The notes below the pieces were generated by a model that saw nothing but the letters and a program-made list of their open reading frames with translations, was not told the origin of the DNA and did no database searches. Both the position numbers and the translations under genes were made by a program. Of a stretch of DNA of 64,000 bases, positions 8,618-18,149 are shown in pieces. The stretch is from an uncultured delta proteobacterium (GTDB lineage: Bacteria > Myxococcota_A > Polyangia > Polyangiales > Polyangiaceae): the NCBI GenBank assembly GCA_963763745.1, contig CAVXQJ010000016.1:321029-385028 (forward strand). The letters are read 5' to 3'. The number at the start of each line of letters is the position of its first letter. Positions within the stretch are counted from its first letter, which is position 1.

Positions 8618-9919
8618 GTGGAGCTCGTTCCTGGATCCGTGTTGCAGGGAAAATACCTGCTGACCTCCAGCATTGGGCGTGGCGGGATGGGCGAGGTGTT
8701 CGCCGCGAAGCGCACGGACGACGGGCGCGAGGTCGCGATCAAAGTCGTCAGTCATCGCATCGTCGACGACACGCTCATGGCGCGCCTCGAGCGCGAGGCG
8801 GTCGCGGCGCGTCGCATCCGCAGCATCTACATCCCCGAAGTCTACGAAGTCGATCGCACGCAAGACGGCGAGCTCTACCTCGTCATGCGTCGCCTTCACG
8901 GCGAGTCTCTCGCGACGCGCCTCAAGGAGCGACGCGCGCTCCACTTCCCGGAAGTCGAGCGCATCGTCGACGACGTGCTCTCCGCGCTCGCCGATGCGCA
9001 CGCCGCGGGCGTCGTGCATCGCGATCTCAAGCCGGCCAATATTTTTCTCGAGCAAGTCGAGGAGCCGACGATCCCGAGCCACACGCCCGCGGTCGGATGG
9101 CGGCCGTCGCTCGAGATCCACGGCATCGAGCGCGCGATGATCCTCGACTTCGGCGTTTGCAAGATGGACGCGAGCGACGGGCCGAAGCTCACGGTGACGG
9201 GCGAATCGGTCGGAACGATTTCGTACATGGCGCCGGAGCAAATCCGCGGCGCGTCGGACGTCGACGGTCGCGCGGATTTGTATTCGCTCGCGATGGTCGT
9301 GTTCGAAGCGATCACGGGGCGCATCGCGTTCGACGCGACGGGGCAGATGGCGATCCTCGCGGCGAAGCTCGAAGGGCGCCCGAAGCGTCTGCGCGATCAC
9401 GCGGTCGTCGCGATCCCGCCCGGGCTCGACGCGCTCGTGAACAAAGCGCTCTCGCGCCGCGCCGAAGATCGCTTCGCGAGCGCGCGCGAAATGCAACAAG
9501 CGTGGCGCGCGCTCGGTCCCGCGACGGAAGCGCCGCACGCGCAGCTCGGCGCAGAGGTGACGGACGCGCACCCGACGCAAACCGCGCTCACGGCGGGCAC
9601 GCACACGCGCATGGGCACGTTCATGCCGCGCCTCGGTTTGTTCGTCGCGTGCGCCGGCGTCTTCGCGTCGGCCGTCGCGATCGCGATGGCGCTCCACAAA
9701 CCGAAGCACGCGGCGGCGCCCGCGCCCGCCGATTTCGTCGACGCGATCGGCACGGCTTCGTCGTCCGCGCCCATCGCGCAACCGCCCGTGCCTTCCGCGA
9801 CGACCATCGAGCTACCCGACGCGCCCGACGCAGGAAAGCGAACCCAACGCGTCGTCCGCCACAGAAACGTACCGCCCGCGCAGACCGGTCCGCACATCAC
9901 GACCGAACCGCGCTATTAA
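8618..9919 (+). CDS. Hanks-type Ser/Thr protein kinase with a C-terminal transmembrane segment
   Basis: GRGGMGEVF, AIKV, HRDLKPANIF, DFG, SYMAPE and a TM helix (LGLFVACAGVFASAVAIAMAL) are all present. Confidence 0.85.
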   Translation: MELVPGSVLQGKYLLTSSIGRGGMGEVFAAKRTDDGREVAIKVVSHRIVDDTLMARLEREAVAARRIRSIYIPEVYEVDRTQDGELYLVMRRLHGESLATRLKERRALHFPEVERIVDDVLSALADAHAAGVVHRDLKPANIFLEQVEEPTIPSHTPAVGWRPSLEIHGIERAMILDFGVCKMDASDGPKLTVTGESVGTISYMAPEQIRGASDVDGRADLYSLAMVVFEAITGRIAFDATGQMAILAAKLEGRPKRLRDHAVVAIPPGLDALVNKALSRRAEDRFASAREMQQAWRALGPATEAPHAQLGAEVTDAHPTQTALTAGTHTRMGTFMPRLGLFVACAGVFASAVAIAMALHKPKHAAAPAPADFVDAIGTASSSAPIAQPPVPSATTIELPDAPDAGKRTQRVVRHRNVPPAQTGPHITTEPRY

Positions 9920-9925
9920 AGGAGC

Positions 9926-11161
9926 GTGAGGGTCTTTCTTTCGGTCGTGGGGCTCGGGCTCGTCTTCGGGCTCATGGCCTCCGGTTGCAGTGGCGACAAC
10001 GCGCAGCCCGACGCAGGCAGCGACGCGAGCGACGAAGGCGACGCCGGGTTCGCCGCGCCTCACGCACCCATGCCGCAGGTCGTGTCGTCCGGCGGATCTG
10101 TGATCGCATCACCGAAGGTCGTGGCGATTTCGTTCCAAGGCGATCCGCTGCAGAGCGACGTCGATGCGTTCGCCTCGCAGCTCGTCTCCGCACCCGCGTA
10201 TTGGAGCGGCGCGGTCGGCGAGTACGGCGTCGGTGCGATCAACGAGACGCCGTATCACGCGCAAGAGACCGCGCCCGCGGGAACGATCAGCGACACCGAC
10301 GTGCAGACGTGGCTGACGAACAAGATCAACACGGACTCGACTTTCCCGAAGCCCGACGCGAGCACGATCTACACGCTCTTTTATCCGGCCGGCACGACGG
10401 TGGCCTCGGGGCTCGACACGACGTGCAACCAGATGCAGGGCTACCACAGCTCGTATCCGCTCTCGTCGAGCGTCAACGTCATCTACGCGATCGTCCCGCG
10501 TTGTCCGCCGCCGCCCGTCGCCGGCGTGACCAACGCCGATCAAATGACCGCGGAGGCGTCGCACGAGCTCGTCGAAGCAGCGACCGATCCGCTCCCATCG
10601 CAGACCCCGGATTACCTCTCGGTGGATTCGGACAGTCACGCGTGGGAGCTCCTCGCGGGCGGCGAGATCGGCGATCTCTGCGCCGCGTTTCCGAACTCGT
10701 TCTACAAAGCGTCCGGGTTCGATCACCTCGTGCAGCGCGTGTGGTCGAACCAAGCCGCCGCGGCGAATCACGATCCGTGTCAGCCCGATGGAACGTCGCC
10801 GTACTTCAACAGCGCGCCTCTCGTCGGCGACACGATCACCGTGCGCGTCGGCGGCGTTCCCATCAAGACGAAAGGCGTCGCGCTCGCCGTCGGCGCATCG
10901 ACGACGATCGAGGTCGATCTCTACAGCGACGCGCCGACGTCCGGGAAGTGGACGGTCTCGGTCGTCGACATCACGAGCGCCTTCTTCGGAGGCGCGCCCG
11001 CGCTCACGCTCACACTCGATCAAACGACGGGTCAGAACGGCGACAAGCTGAACCTCACGATCAAGCTCCTTCGCCTCGTGGTCGGTGGCGCGCCGTTCTG
11101 GATCCAGAGCGATCTCGGGAGCGCGACGACGGTGTGGCTCGGAGCGGTGAATCCCAACTAA
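9926..11161 (+). CDS. Secreted lipoprotein of unknown function (contains an HELVE motif)
   Basis: It has a lipobox (LMASGC-S) and a protein-like 411 aa. It lies 6 nt after the kinase stop. Confidence 0.55.
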   Translation: MRVFLSVVGLGLVFGLMASGCSGDNAQPDAGSDASDEGDAGFAAPHAPMPQVVSSGGSVIASPKVVAISFQGDPLQSDVDAFASQLVSAPAYWSGAVGEYGVGAINETPYHAQETAPAGTISDTDVQTWLTNKINTDSTFPKPDASTIYTLFYPAGTTVASGLDTTCNQMQGYHSSYPLSSSVNVIYAIVPRCPPPPVAGVTNADQMTAEASHELVEAATDPLPSQTPDYLSVDSDSHAWELLAGGEIGDLCAAFPNSFYKASGFDHLVQRVWSNQAAAANHDPCQPDGTSPYFNSAPLVGDTITVRVGGVPIKTKGVALAVGASTTIEVDLYSDAPTSGKWTVSVVDITSAFFGGAPALTLTLDQTTGQNGDKLNLTIKLLRLVVGGAPFWIQSDLGSATTVWLGAVNPN

Positions 11162-11162
11162 C

Positions 11163-12077
11163 GTGGGTCTCCGTCGCGCGATCATCGCATCGCTCCTGCT
11201 CGTCGCGACGGTGGCGCGCGCGCAAAATCGCGACGCGCGCCCCGAGGAGCCGAACGAATCGCAGCAGAGGCAGGAGTCGCGCGCGGCGTTTCGTCGAGGC
11301 GTCGCGGCGCTCGAAAAACAAAAGTGGACGGAGGCGCGCGACGATTTCGTTCGCGCGTACGAGCTCTTTCCGCACCCGAGCATCTTGCTCGACCTCGGCT
11401 TGTCGCGATCGCACGTCGGCGAGTGGGTCCAGGCCGAGCAGGATCTCACGCGCTTCTTGGCGGACGACACCGGCGCGCTCCCCGACGAGCTCCAAACTGC
11501 GCGCGGTGCGCTCACCGAAGTGCGAAGGCACGTCGGGACGATACGCGTGCGCGTCGCGCCCGCCGGCTCGACGGCTTCGCTCGATCACAAACCGATCGCG
11601 CTCGCATCGAGCGACTTCGTCGAGGTCCGCGTCTCCGAAGGCGATCACGAGCTCGAGGCCACGGCGAGCGATCACGACGTGTGGAGCGGGCACGTCGCGG
11701 TCGACGGCGGTGGTACGAAGGTCCTCGACCTCACGCTCACGCCGCACGTCGAGAAAGAAACGCCCCACGGACCCGGACCGCAGCGCATCGCGAGCTTCGT
11801 CTTGTTCGGCGGCGCCGTCGCGCTCGCCGGCTTCGGCGTCTTCGCCGGCGTGCACTCGATCGATCTCGCGAATCAATACAACACGCCGAGCGAGACGAAC
11901 TACCAGAACCCCGGAACGAAATCCGAAGGCATCGCGTACCGCACGGCTGCGGACGTGACGTTCATCGTGGCCGGCGTGTGCGTCGTCACGGGCGTCGTCT
12001 TGTACGTGACCGCGCCTTCGCAGAAAACGGGCGCGAGCGTTTCGCTTTCGCCGTTTGGAATCGCCGGCCGTTTTTGA
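11163..12077 (+). CDS. Kinase-associated membrane protein: signal peptide, TPR-like region, PEGA-like beta domain, TM helix and a conserved ...G-R-F C-terminal tail (paralog 1 of 4)
   Basis: Its architecture is shared with 12500..13426, 56135..57136 and 60924..61856. It starts 1 nt after the preceding gene. Confidence 0.6.
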   Translation: MGLRRAIIASLLLVATVARAQNRDARPEEPNESQQRQESRAAFRRGVAALEKQKWTEARDDFVRAYELFPHPSILLDLGLSRSHVGEWVQAEQDLTRFLADDTGALPDELQTARGALTEVRRHVGTIRVRVAPAGSTASLDHKPIALASSDFVEVRVSEGDHELEATASDHDVWSGHVAVDGGGTKVLDLTLTPHVEKETPHGPGPQRIASFVLFGGAVALAGFGVFAGVHSIDLANQYNTPSETNYQNPGTKSEGIAYRTAADVTFIVAGVCVVTGVVLYVTAPSQKTGASVSLSPFGIAGRF

Positions 12078-12080
12078 TCG

Positions 12081-12503
12081 TCAATCCGTGGCGGCTGCGT
12101 CCGCGCACGCCGCTTGCGATGCGCATCCCGCGACCGTCGTGCACACGGTGCACGCGACGACGCAGTCGTTGAGACACGTCGTCTCCGTTTGATCGCACGC
12201 CTTCTTGCACGGACTGCCCGAGCAGCCCGCGCGACACGTCGTGTCCGCTTGCACGCATCCTGCGCCGCACGTGCCCGCTTCGACCAAACACGGCGTGATC
12301 GTCGCGCACGCTTCGACGTTCACATCGAGTGGCGCGTCGGCGGCGGCGTCCGTGGATCCTTCGGCGTTCGCGTCGGGCGGCGCCGCCTCGTTCATCGCGT
12401 CGTCGAGCCCGGCATCGCCGACGATGCGCGTCTCCGTTCCGACGAGAAGCGTGCATCCTGCAAGCATCGCGGCGAGCACGGCGAGCCTCGCGTGCTGCTT
12501 CAT
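12081..12503 (-). CDS. Small Cys-rich lipoprotein
   Basis: The internal start gives MKQHARLAVLAAMLAGC-T, a lipobox, followed by 18 Cys in 75 aa. It overlaps the stop of the upstream TPR/PEGA gene. Confidence 0.5.
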   Translation of the reverse strand: MKQHARLAVLAAMLAGCTLLVGTETRIVGDAGLDDAMNEAAPPDANAEGSTDAAADAPLDVNVEACATITPCLVEAGTCGAGCVQADTTCRAGCSGSPCKKACDQTETTCLNDCVVACTVCTTVAGCASQAACADAAATD

Positions 12504-13426
12504 CGAAAAGTCCCCGTGATCGACAAGCCAGCGACGCTCGGCGCCATGCGCACCTCGGTGGCGTGCGAAGTGAGCACGAGCACCAGGCCCACGATGGCGA
12601 GCGCTGCGCCGCCGAAGATCATCGCGTCGGCGACGTTCGCTTCGGTCTTCGCGCGCTCGTGAAGATCGACCGCGTGCTGATCGACGCACACGCTCCCCGC
12701 GCATGATGCGTTGCTCTGTCCGTTGTCGGCGAGCGCGAGCCCGCCGAACACGCCGCCGACCGCGGCGGTCGCAACGCCAACGCCGCCGATGACGAACCCG
12801 AGCGTCCGCGTGAACGGCGTGTGCGTGTTCGTGACGACGGGACGAGCCGCGACCTGCACGGTCGGAGTCTTCGCGGCGGGTCCCACGGCGAGCGCGAAAT
12901 CGCGGCGCTCGTTCTCGGCGAGCGTCACCTCGAACACGCGGTCCGCGTGCCCCGGCGCGCGGACGATGAAATGATGCGCGCCGGGATCCATCGGAACGGG
13001 CACGTTCAAGAGCGCGTCACCGAGCGGCGCGCCGTCACGCTCGACCGAAGCGCCATGCGCGTCGAGCACGACGCGAAGCCGTGGAACGCGCTGCTCCAGC
13101 GCCGTGCTGTGCGACTGCACGTAAGCGCGCCTGTCGTCGGCGGGCGGAAGTTGATCGAGCAGCTGATGGAAGTGTTGCCACGCGCTCGCGAGCTTGCCGT
13201 TGCGCTCCTCGCAGTCGGCCAAGTTGAAGAGCGTTCCTTGCGTGGGATCGAGGCGGTAGCTCGCGGCGAACTTCGGACATGCAGCGGCGTAGTTGCCCGC
13301 ATCGGCGTCCGCGCGCCCTTCGCGAAAGAGCGCTTCCGCGCCGACGGCGTCGTGCGTCTGCGCGGCCGCGGCCGATGCGACGCACGATGCGACGACGAGC
13401 GCACGGACCGCGATCGAAAAGCGCAT
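12500..13426 (-). CDS. Kinase-associated TPR/PEGA-like membrane protein (paralog 2)
   Basis: The true start is MRFSIAVRALVVASCVASAAAAQ (a signal peptide) inside ORF 12500..13588. It is followed by a TPR-like region, a beta domain, a TM helix and a ...GTFR tail. The start overlaps the end of the kinase. Confidence 0.6.
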   Translation of the reverse strand: MRFSIAVRALVVASCVASAAAAQTHDAVGAEALFREGRADADAGNYAAACPKFAASYRLDPTQGTLFNLADCEERNGKLASAWQHFHQLLDQLPPADDRRAYVQSHSTALEQRVPRLRVVLDAHGASVERDGAPLGDALLNVPVPMDPGAHHFIVRAPGHADRVFEVTLAENERRDFALAVGPAAKTPTVQVAARPVVTNTHTPFTRTLGFVIGGVGVATAAVGGVFGGLALADNGQSNASCAGSVCVDQHAVDLHERAKTEANVADAMIFGGAALAIVGLVLVLTSHATEVRMAPSVAGLSITGTFR

Positions 13427-13430
13427 GCGA

Positions 13431-14870
13431 TCAGTAACGCCGATCGAACAGGTTCGCCGTGGGCGCCGCGGTCGCGGCCGGCGCGCTCGCATCTCGCGCT
13501 GCATCTCGCGTCGCGGCAGGCGCGCGCGGTTTGTTCTTCGCGACGCGCGGGGACTCGGACACATCGGCCGGCACGATCGGAGAAGCAATCGCCGTCGTCG
13601 TCGTCGTGGCTTGCGTCGCGGCCGTCGTCGTCACGACCTCCGAGGACGGTTGCGGCAGCGCGCTCACGACGGCATCCGGTGCGCTCGCCGCCGTGCGCCG
13701 CTCCTTTACCATCCACGCCGTCGCGGCGATGCACGCGAGCGCGGCGCTCGCGACGATGACCCAACGCGCGCGCGAGCTCTTCGGCGCCGCTGCGATCGGC
13801 GGAACCGATGGCTGCACACCGGCCGCATGCGGCCGCTGCGACCACGTCGGCGAGAAGGACATGTTGACGTCCCGCGACGACGGCGGCTCGCTGGTGCCAA
13901 AACCCGAGCCAAAACCCGATAGCGATGGGTTGCTCAACCGCGGGAGCGGCGGGTTGCTCGGCGTCCTCGGGATGTCCGCTCCGGTCAGCGCGTGAAACGC
14001 GACGTGAACCGCTGCGCCCATCGCGCTCGCGTTGGCCCAACGCGCATCGCGCTCGAGACGCAGCCCACCATCGACGACTGCGACGAGCTCCGGCGTTGCG
14101 TCGGGCAGCACCTTCGAGAGAGACGGCGGCTCTTTCGTGAACGTTGCGGCGATCATCTCGGCGGCCGTCATTTGATCCTGATGAATCATCCGTCCCGAGA
14201 GGAGCGTGAACATCGTCGCCGCGACGCCCCACAAATCGCTGCGCGTGTCGACGAGATCCCAACGACCGCGCGCTTGCTCGGGCGACATGAACGCGGGCGT
14301 TCCCATCGACACGCCCGATTGCGTCGACGTCGGCGTGCGCTCGCTCTCGAGCATGCGCGCGAGCCCGAAGTCGAGCACCTTCACGAGCCCGGCGGTCGTC
14401 ACGAAGAGATTGTCCGGCTTGATGTCGCGGTGGACGATGCCGAGCGCGTGCGCAGCGCCGAGCGCGTCGAGCACCTGCGCGGCGTACGCGAGCACGTCAT
14501 CGACCGGCAAGCGACCGCCGCGATCGCACGCGAGATCCTCGAGCGTTTTTCCCGCGAGGAGCTCCATCACGAGGAACGCCGCGCCGTCCTCGGCGACGTC
14601 GTCGTCGAGCACGCGCACCGCGCCAGGGTGATCCACTTTGTTTGCGAGATAACCCTCGCGGAGAAATCGCTCGCGCATCGACTCGAGCCGCGAGAGCGAG
14701 AGGTCGAGCACCTTCACGGCGCCGCGCATCCCGTTGCGATGCGTCGCTGCATACACCGCCGCCATCCCGCCGAGACCGAGCAGCGAATCGAGGCGCCACT
14801 TTCCGCGAAGGGTCGTCCCCACGCGCGCGAGAGCCTCAGCGTGGCGGGTGTCGGTTTCTTGTTGCGTCAA
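13431..14870 (-). CDS. Hanks-type Ser/Thr protein kinase with a TM helix
   Basis: GLGGMAAVYAA, AVKVL, HRDIKPDNLF, DFG, GTPAFMSPE and a TM helix (WVIVASAALACIAATAWMV) are all present. Confidence 0.85.
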   Translation of the reverse strand: MTQQETDTRHAEALARVGTTLRGKWRLDSLLGLGGMAAVYAATHRNGMRGAVKVLDLSLSRLESMRERFLREGYLANKVDHPGAVRVLDDDVAEDGAAFLVMELLAGKTLEDLACDRGGRLPVDDVLAYAAQVLDALGAAHALGIVHRDIKPDNLFVTTAGLVKVLDFGLARMLESERTPTSTQSGVSMGTPAFMSPEQARGRWDLVDTRSDLWGVAATMFTLLSGRMIHQDQMTAAEMIAATFTKEPPSLSKVLPDATPELVAVVDGGLRLERDARWANASAMGAAVHVAFHALTGADIPRTPSNPPLPRLSNPSLSGFGSGFGTSEPPSSRDVNMSFSPTWSQRPHAAGVQPSVPPIAAAPKSSRARWVIVASAALACIAATAWMVKERRTAASAPDAVVSALPQPSSEVVTTTAATQATTTTTAIASPIVPADVSESPRVAKNKPRAPAATRDAARDASAPAATAAPTANLFDRRY

Positions 14871-14911
14871 GGAGGTCCCTCCCCAAAAAAGCGCCCCACC
14901 TTACCACCAGT

Positions 14912-16699
14912 TCAGTGCGCGAACATCTCTTCTTCGACGAGCGAGGGCGCAATCGTCCCGTGGGCGAGGAGCGCGTCGTGGAAGCGTTTGAGCGAGAACT
15001 GAGCGCCCCATTCGCGCTTCGCGCGCTCGCGAATCGCGAGGATTTTCTGCCGCCCGACGAGGTAACTGGAGGGCTGCGTCGGCGTCTCCGTGTAGCGCTT
15101 CACTTCGCTCACGGCGAGCGCGCGTTCGAGGTGGACCTTGTCGGTCAAGAACGCGACGCCCTGATCGAACGTCATGCCCTTCGTGTGCAGCCCGACATCG
15201 ATCACGATGCGCGCCGCGCGAACGAGCGTCCATTCGAGCTGCATGATGCGCTCTTCATCGGTGTACATGCCGAGCTCGCTCATGAGCTCCTCGGCGTAGA
15301 GCGCCCATCCTTCCGCGAACACCGCAGGTCCCGTCGCTTTGCGCACGACGGACGGATGACGCCGCGCGATTGACAGTTGCAAATGGTGACCCGGATACGT
15401 CTCGTGCGTCGCGGTGTCGACCTGATCGCCGTGGTCGTTCTCGCGAAGCATTTGCTCCTGTTCTTTCTTCGAGGCCTTCAGATCGACCGGCGTGACGAAG
15501 AAAAATCCCTTCGTGACTTTGTCGAACGGCGGCGGCTGATCGTACGCCGCGGTGATCGTCGAGCGTTGGAACGGCGGCGTCTCGATCACTTCGCAGTCGT
15601 CGCCTTCGGGGAGCGTGACGACGTCCTTGTCGACCAAGAATTTCCGCGCGCGCTCGAGCTCGTGCCGGTAGCTCGGGAGCAAGTCGTTCGCGGTGGGATG
15701 ATGCGACTTCACCTTCGCCACGACCTCGGGCCACGACTTGGCCTTCGGGTCGATGCGTTTGGCGATTTCGTTCATCTGCGCGTCGGTCTCGGCGAAGATC
15801 TTCTGGCCCATCGCGACGAGATCCTCCGCGCTCTCGGTCAGGAAGAAATCCTGCTTCAAGAGAAAGTCGAACGTCTCCGCGCCCGCCGCGTAGTCGTCGC
15901 CGCCCATCGGGAGGACCTGCTTCTCGAGAAATTGCTTGTAGTCTGCATAGGCTTTTTGGGCCATTTGCAGGGCTTTTTCGATGCGCGCCTTCTCTTGCGG
16001 CAGCGCGTCTTGGAGGGGCTTTCGCTCGTCGTCGAAGAACTGCTTCGCGCCGCCCGCGGCTTCGATCCCGACTTGCGTCCACACCTTCGGCGGCTTCGGG
16101 ACGTAGAGCCGATTGGAGAGGTTCTTCTTCGCGTCTTCGAGCTGCGCCGGGATCTTCTCGATGCGCGCGAGCGCGTTCTTCGCGCGGTCGGCGGCGGGCG
16201 CGTAGTCGCGCGCCGTCATGAGGAAGATCGCGTTCATCGGGCCCATGTACGTGTCGGGCTTTCGACGCAGCGGGTCTTGCGAGCGCTTCATCTTGATGTC
16301 GACCGCGAGCGCGTGCTCGGTGATCGCGAGATCGGTGAGCGCGGCGCGCGTCGCGCGCGGCTCGGCGAAGCGCTTCTTCAAATCGTAGAGCATCTTCTCT
16401 TCGAGCCCGACGTCGTGCTCGAAGCCCGCGAGCGTGCGATCGTCGAGGTCGGCGTCGCGTTCGTGGAGCCCGAGCTGCGTGGCCGTCTCGGGAGAAATCT
16501 TCACGATGAGATCGACGTACTCCTGCCCGGCGCGCGCGATGGCGGCGTCGTCGCGATCGGCGGGCGGAGCGTCGGGTGGTTTCACGCTCGCGACGGCAGA
16601 CGCGCTCGCTTGCGTGGTGGGGTGGTCAGGCGGGTGACCAGTCTCGGGCGATCCGCACGCAGCAACTGCGATCACGAAGAGCATCGAGTAGCGAAACAT
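14912..16699 (-). CDS. DUF885-family lipoprotein (putative metallopeptidase-like)
   Basis: MFRYSMLFVIAVAAC-G is a lipobox. The THETYPGHHLQ motif is typical of DUF885, recalled from memory. The protein is 595 aa and the start is approximate. Confidence 0.65.
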   Translation of the reverse strand: MFRYSMLFVIAVAACGSPETGHPPDHPTTQASASAVASVKPPDAPPADRDDAAIARAGQEYVDLIVKISPETATQLGLHERDADLDDRTLAGFEHDVGLEEKMLYDLKKRFAEPRATRAALTDLAITEHALAVDIKMKRSQDPLRRKPDTYMGPMNAIFLMTARDYAPAADRAKNALARIEKIPAQLEDAKKNLSNRLYVPKPPKVWTQVGIEAAGGAKQFFDDERKPLQDALPQEKARIEKALQMAQKAYADYKQFLEKQVLPMGGDDYAAGAETFDFLLKQDFFLTESAEDLVAMGQKIFAETDAQMNEIAKRIDPKAKSWPEVVAKVKSHHPTANDLLPSYRHELERARKFLVDKDVVTLPEGDDCEVIETPPFQRSTITAAYDQPPPFDKVTKGFFFVTPVDLKASKKEQEQMLRENDHGDQVDTATHETYPGHHLQLSIARRHPSVVRKATGPAVFAEGWALYAEELMSELGMYTDEERIMQLEWTLVRAARIVIDVGLHTKGMTFDQGVAFLTDKVHLERALAVSEVKRYTETPTQPSSYLVGRQKILAIRERAKREWGAQFSLKRFHDALLAHGTIAPSLVEEEMFAH

Positions 16700-18149
16700 G
16701 AACGCTTCATACTCGACTCGACCAGCCGAAAACATACTCGACTATGCTGGTGGGATGGTTCCGCCGGCGCCGCGCTCGAGCTTCTCGCTCCCCGCGCCGG
16801 GTGACTTGCGCGATCGCGCGGATCGCGCCGGTGGTCACGCGCGGAGGCGCGGAAGGCCGCGCGATCGCTTCATCGCCGAGCGACGCGCGACGCTCCTTCG
16901 TTATCTCGTCCCGTGTCTCGCGCTCGCATCGATCATCGGCGCGTCGGTCGCGGTGGTCGACGTCGCGTTCGCATCGTTCGCACCCGATGAGCGCGCGACG
17001 ATGGCCGAAGCGGGCGCATCGGTCGTGCTCGCGATCGCCGTCGTGCTCGTCCTCGTGCTTCGCCGTCACTTGCGCGCGCTCGTCGTCGTGCACGGCGCGT
17101 CGGCGGTCGCGAGCCAGATCGCTTGGGGTTTTGCGGCGCGGTACACGGGCGGCGCGGCGAGCCCGTATCTCCTCGCGCTTCCGCTCTCGCACGTTCTCTA
17201 CGCGGGCGTCGTCCCGGCCGACGCGTGGGTCGCGGCCGCGAGCGGCGTCGCGTGTTACGGCTCGCTCTTGATCGCGAGCCCCACGTCGCCGCTCCCCGTG
17301 CATCTCGTCGTGCTCGCGTCGGCGACGGGATCGGTCGTGCTCGCGCTCGCGCGTCATCAGCGATCGCTTCGCACGTTCCTCCGCGCGGAGCGGCTCGCGG
17401 CGTCGCTCGCGCGCGTTCGCCGCATGCAAGAGCAGCTCATCGTCGTCGAGAAGCTCGAAGCGCTCCGCGTGCTCGTCGGCGGAATGGCGCACGAGCTGAA
17501 CAACGCGCTCGCGATCGCGATCGCGTCGAACCAACAAGCGACGCGCGATCTCGCGACGAACGCGGAGCTCGCAAAGGCGGCGATCGCACGCGGCGACGGG
17601 GGCCTCCAGCGCATCAAGAAGACCGTCGATCGACTTCGCCGCTTCGCGATGGCCGCCGAGGGCGTGCTCGAGCCCGCCGATGTCGGCGCGATGCTCGACT
17701 TCGCGCTCGAGAGCGCGATCGGCCGCGCGCGCTCGGGCGTCGTCGTCGAGCGCACGTACGATCCGCAAGTCGGCTCGCTCGAAGTGCACGTCTCCGCGCT
17801 CGCCGAGGCGCTCTATCAAGTCGCGCGCAACGCGGTCGAGGCGATGCCCGGCGGCGGAACGATCTCCGCGAGCGTGCGCAAGGAGGGCGATCGCGTCGTC
17901 CTCTCCGTCGCCGATCAAGGGCAGGGGATCTCGCCCGAAGAAATCCCGCGCGTGTTCGATCCGTTCTTCCGCGCGAAGGGAAAGAGCGGCGTGACGAAGA
18001 GCGGGCTCGGTCTGTCCGCGGTGTACGGGCTCATCACGGCCATCGGAGGTCACATCGACATTCGCAGCGAAGTAGGCAAGGGCACCGAAGTCGCGATCGC
18101 GATGCCCGCGCGAAAAACCGCGTTGTCCGTTCGCCCACCGTCCACATGA
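16698..18149 (+). CDS. Membrane sensor histidine kinase. The start is uncertain and probably lies downstream of 16698.
   Basis: There are multiple TM helices, an HisKA H-box (GGMAHELNNAL) and HATPase motifs (DQGQGI, GKSGVTKSGLGL). The stop overlaps the next gene's ATG in an ATGA overlap. Confidence 0.75.
   Translation: MNASYSTRPAENILDYAGGMVPPAPRSSFSLPAPGDLRDRADRAGGHARRRGRPRDRFIAERRATLLRYLVPCLALASIIGASVAVVDVAFASFAPDERATMAEAGASVVLAIAVVLVLVLRRHLRALVVVHGASAVASQIAWGFAARYTGGAASPYLLALPLSHVLYAGVVPADAWVAAASGVACYGSLLIASPTSPLPVHLVVLASATGSVVLALARHQRSLRTFLRAERLAASLARVRRMQEQLIVVEKLEALRVLVGGMAHELNNALAIAIASNQQATRDLATNAELAKAAIARGDGGLQRIKKTVDRLRRFAMAAEGVLEPADVGAMLDFALESAIGRARSGVVVERTYDPQVGSLEVHVSALAEALYQVARNAVEAMPGGGTISASVRKEGDRVVLSVADQGQGISPEEIPRVFDPFFRAKGKSGVTKSGLGLSAVYGLITAIGGHIDIRSEVGKGTEVAIAMPARKTALSVRPPST

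Noticed and set aside
9097-11958. 953 aa plus-strand ORF spanning three annotated genes
   Set aside because: The translation is almost entirely Arg/Gly/Asp with no motifs. It is an alternative frame across real genes.
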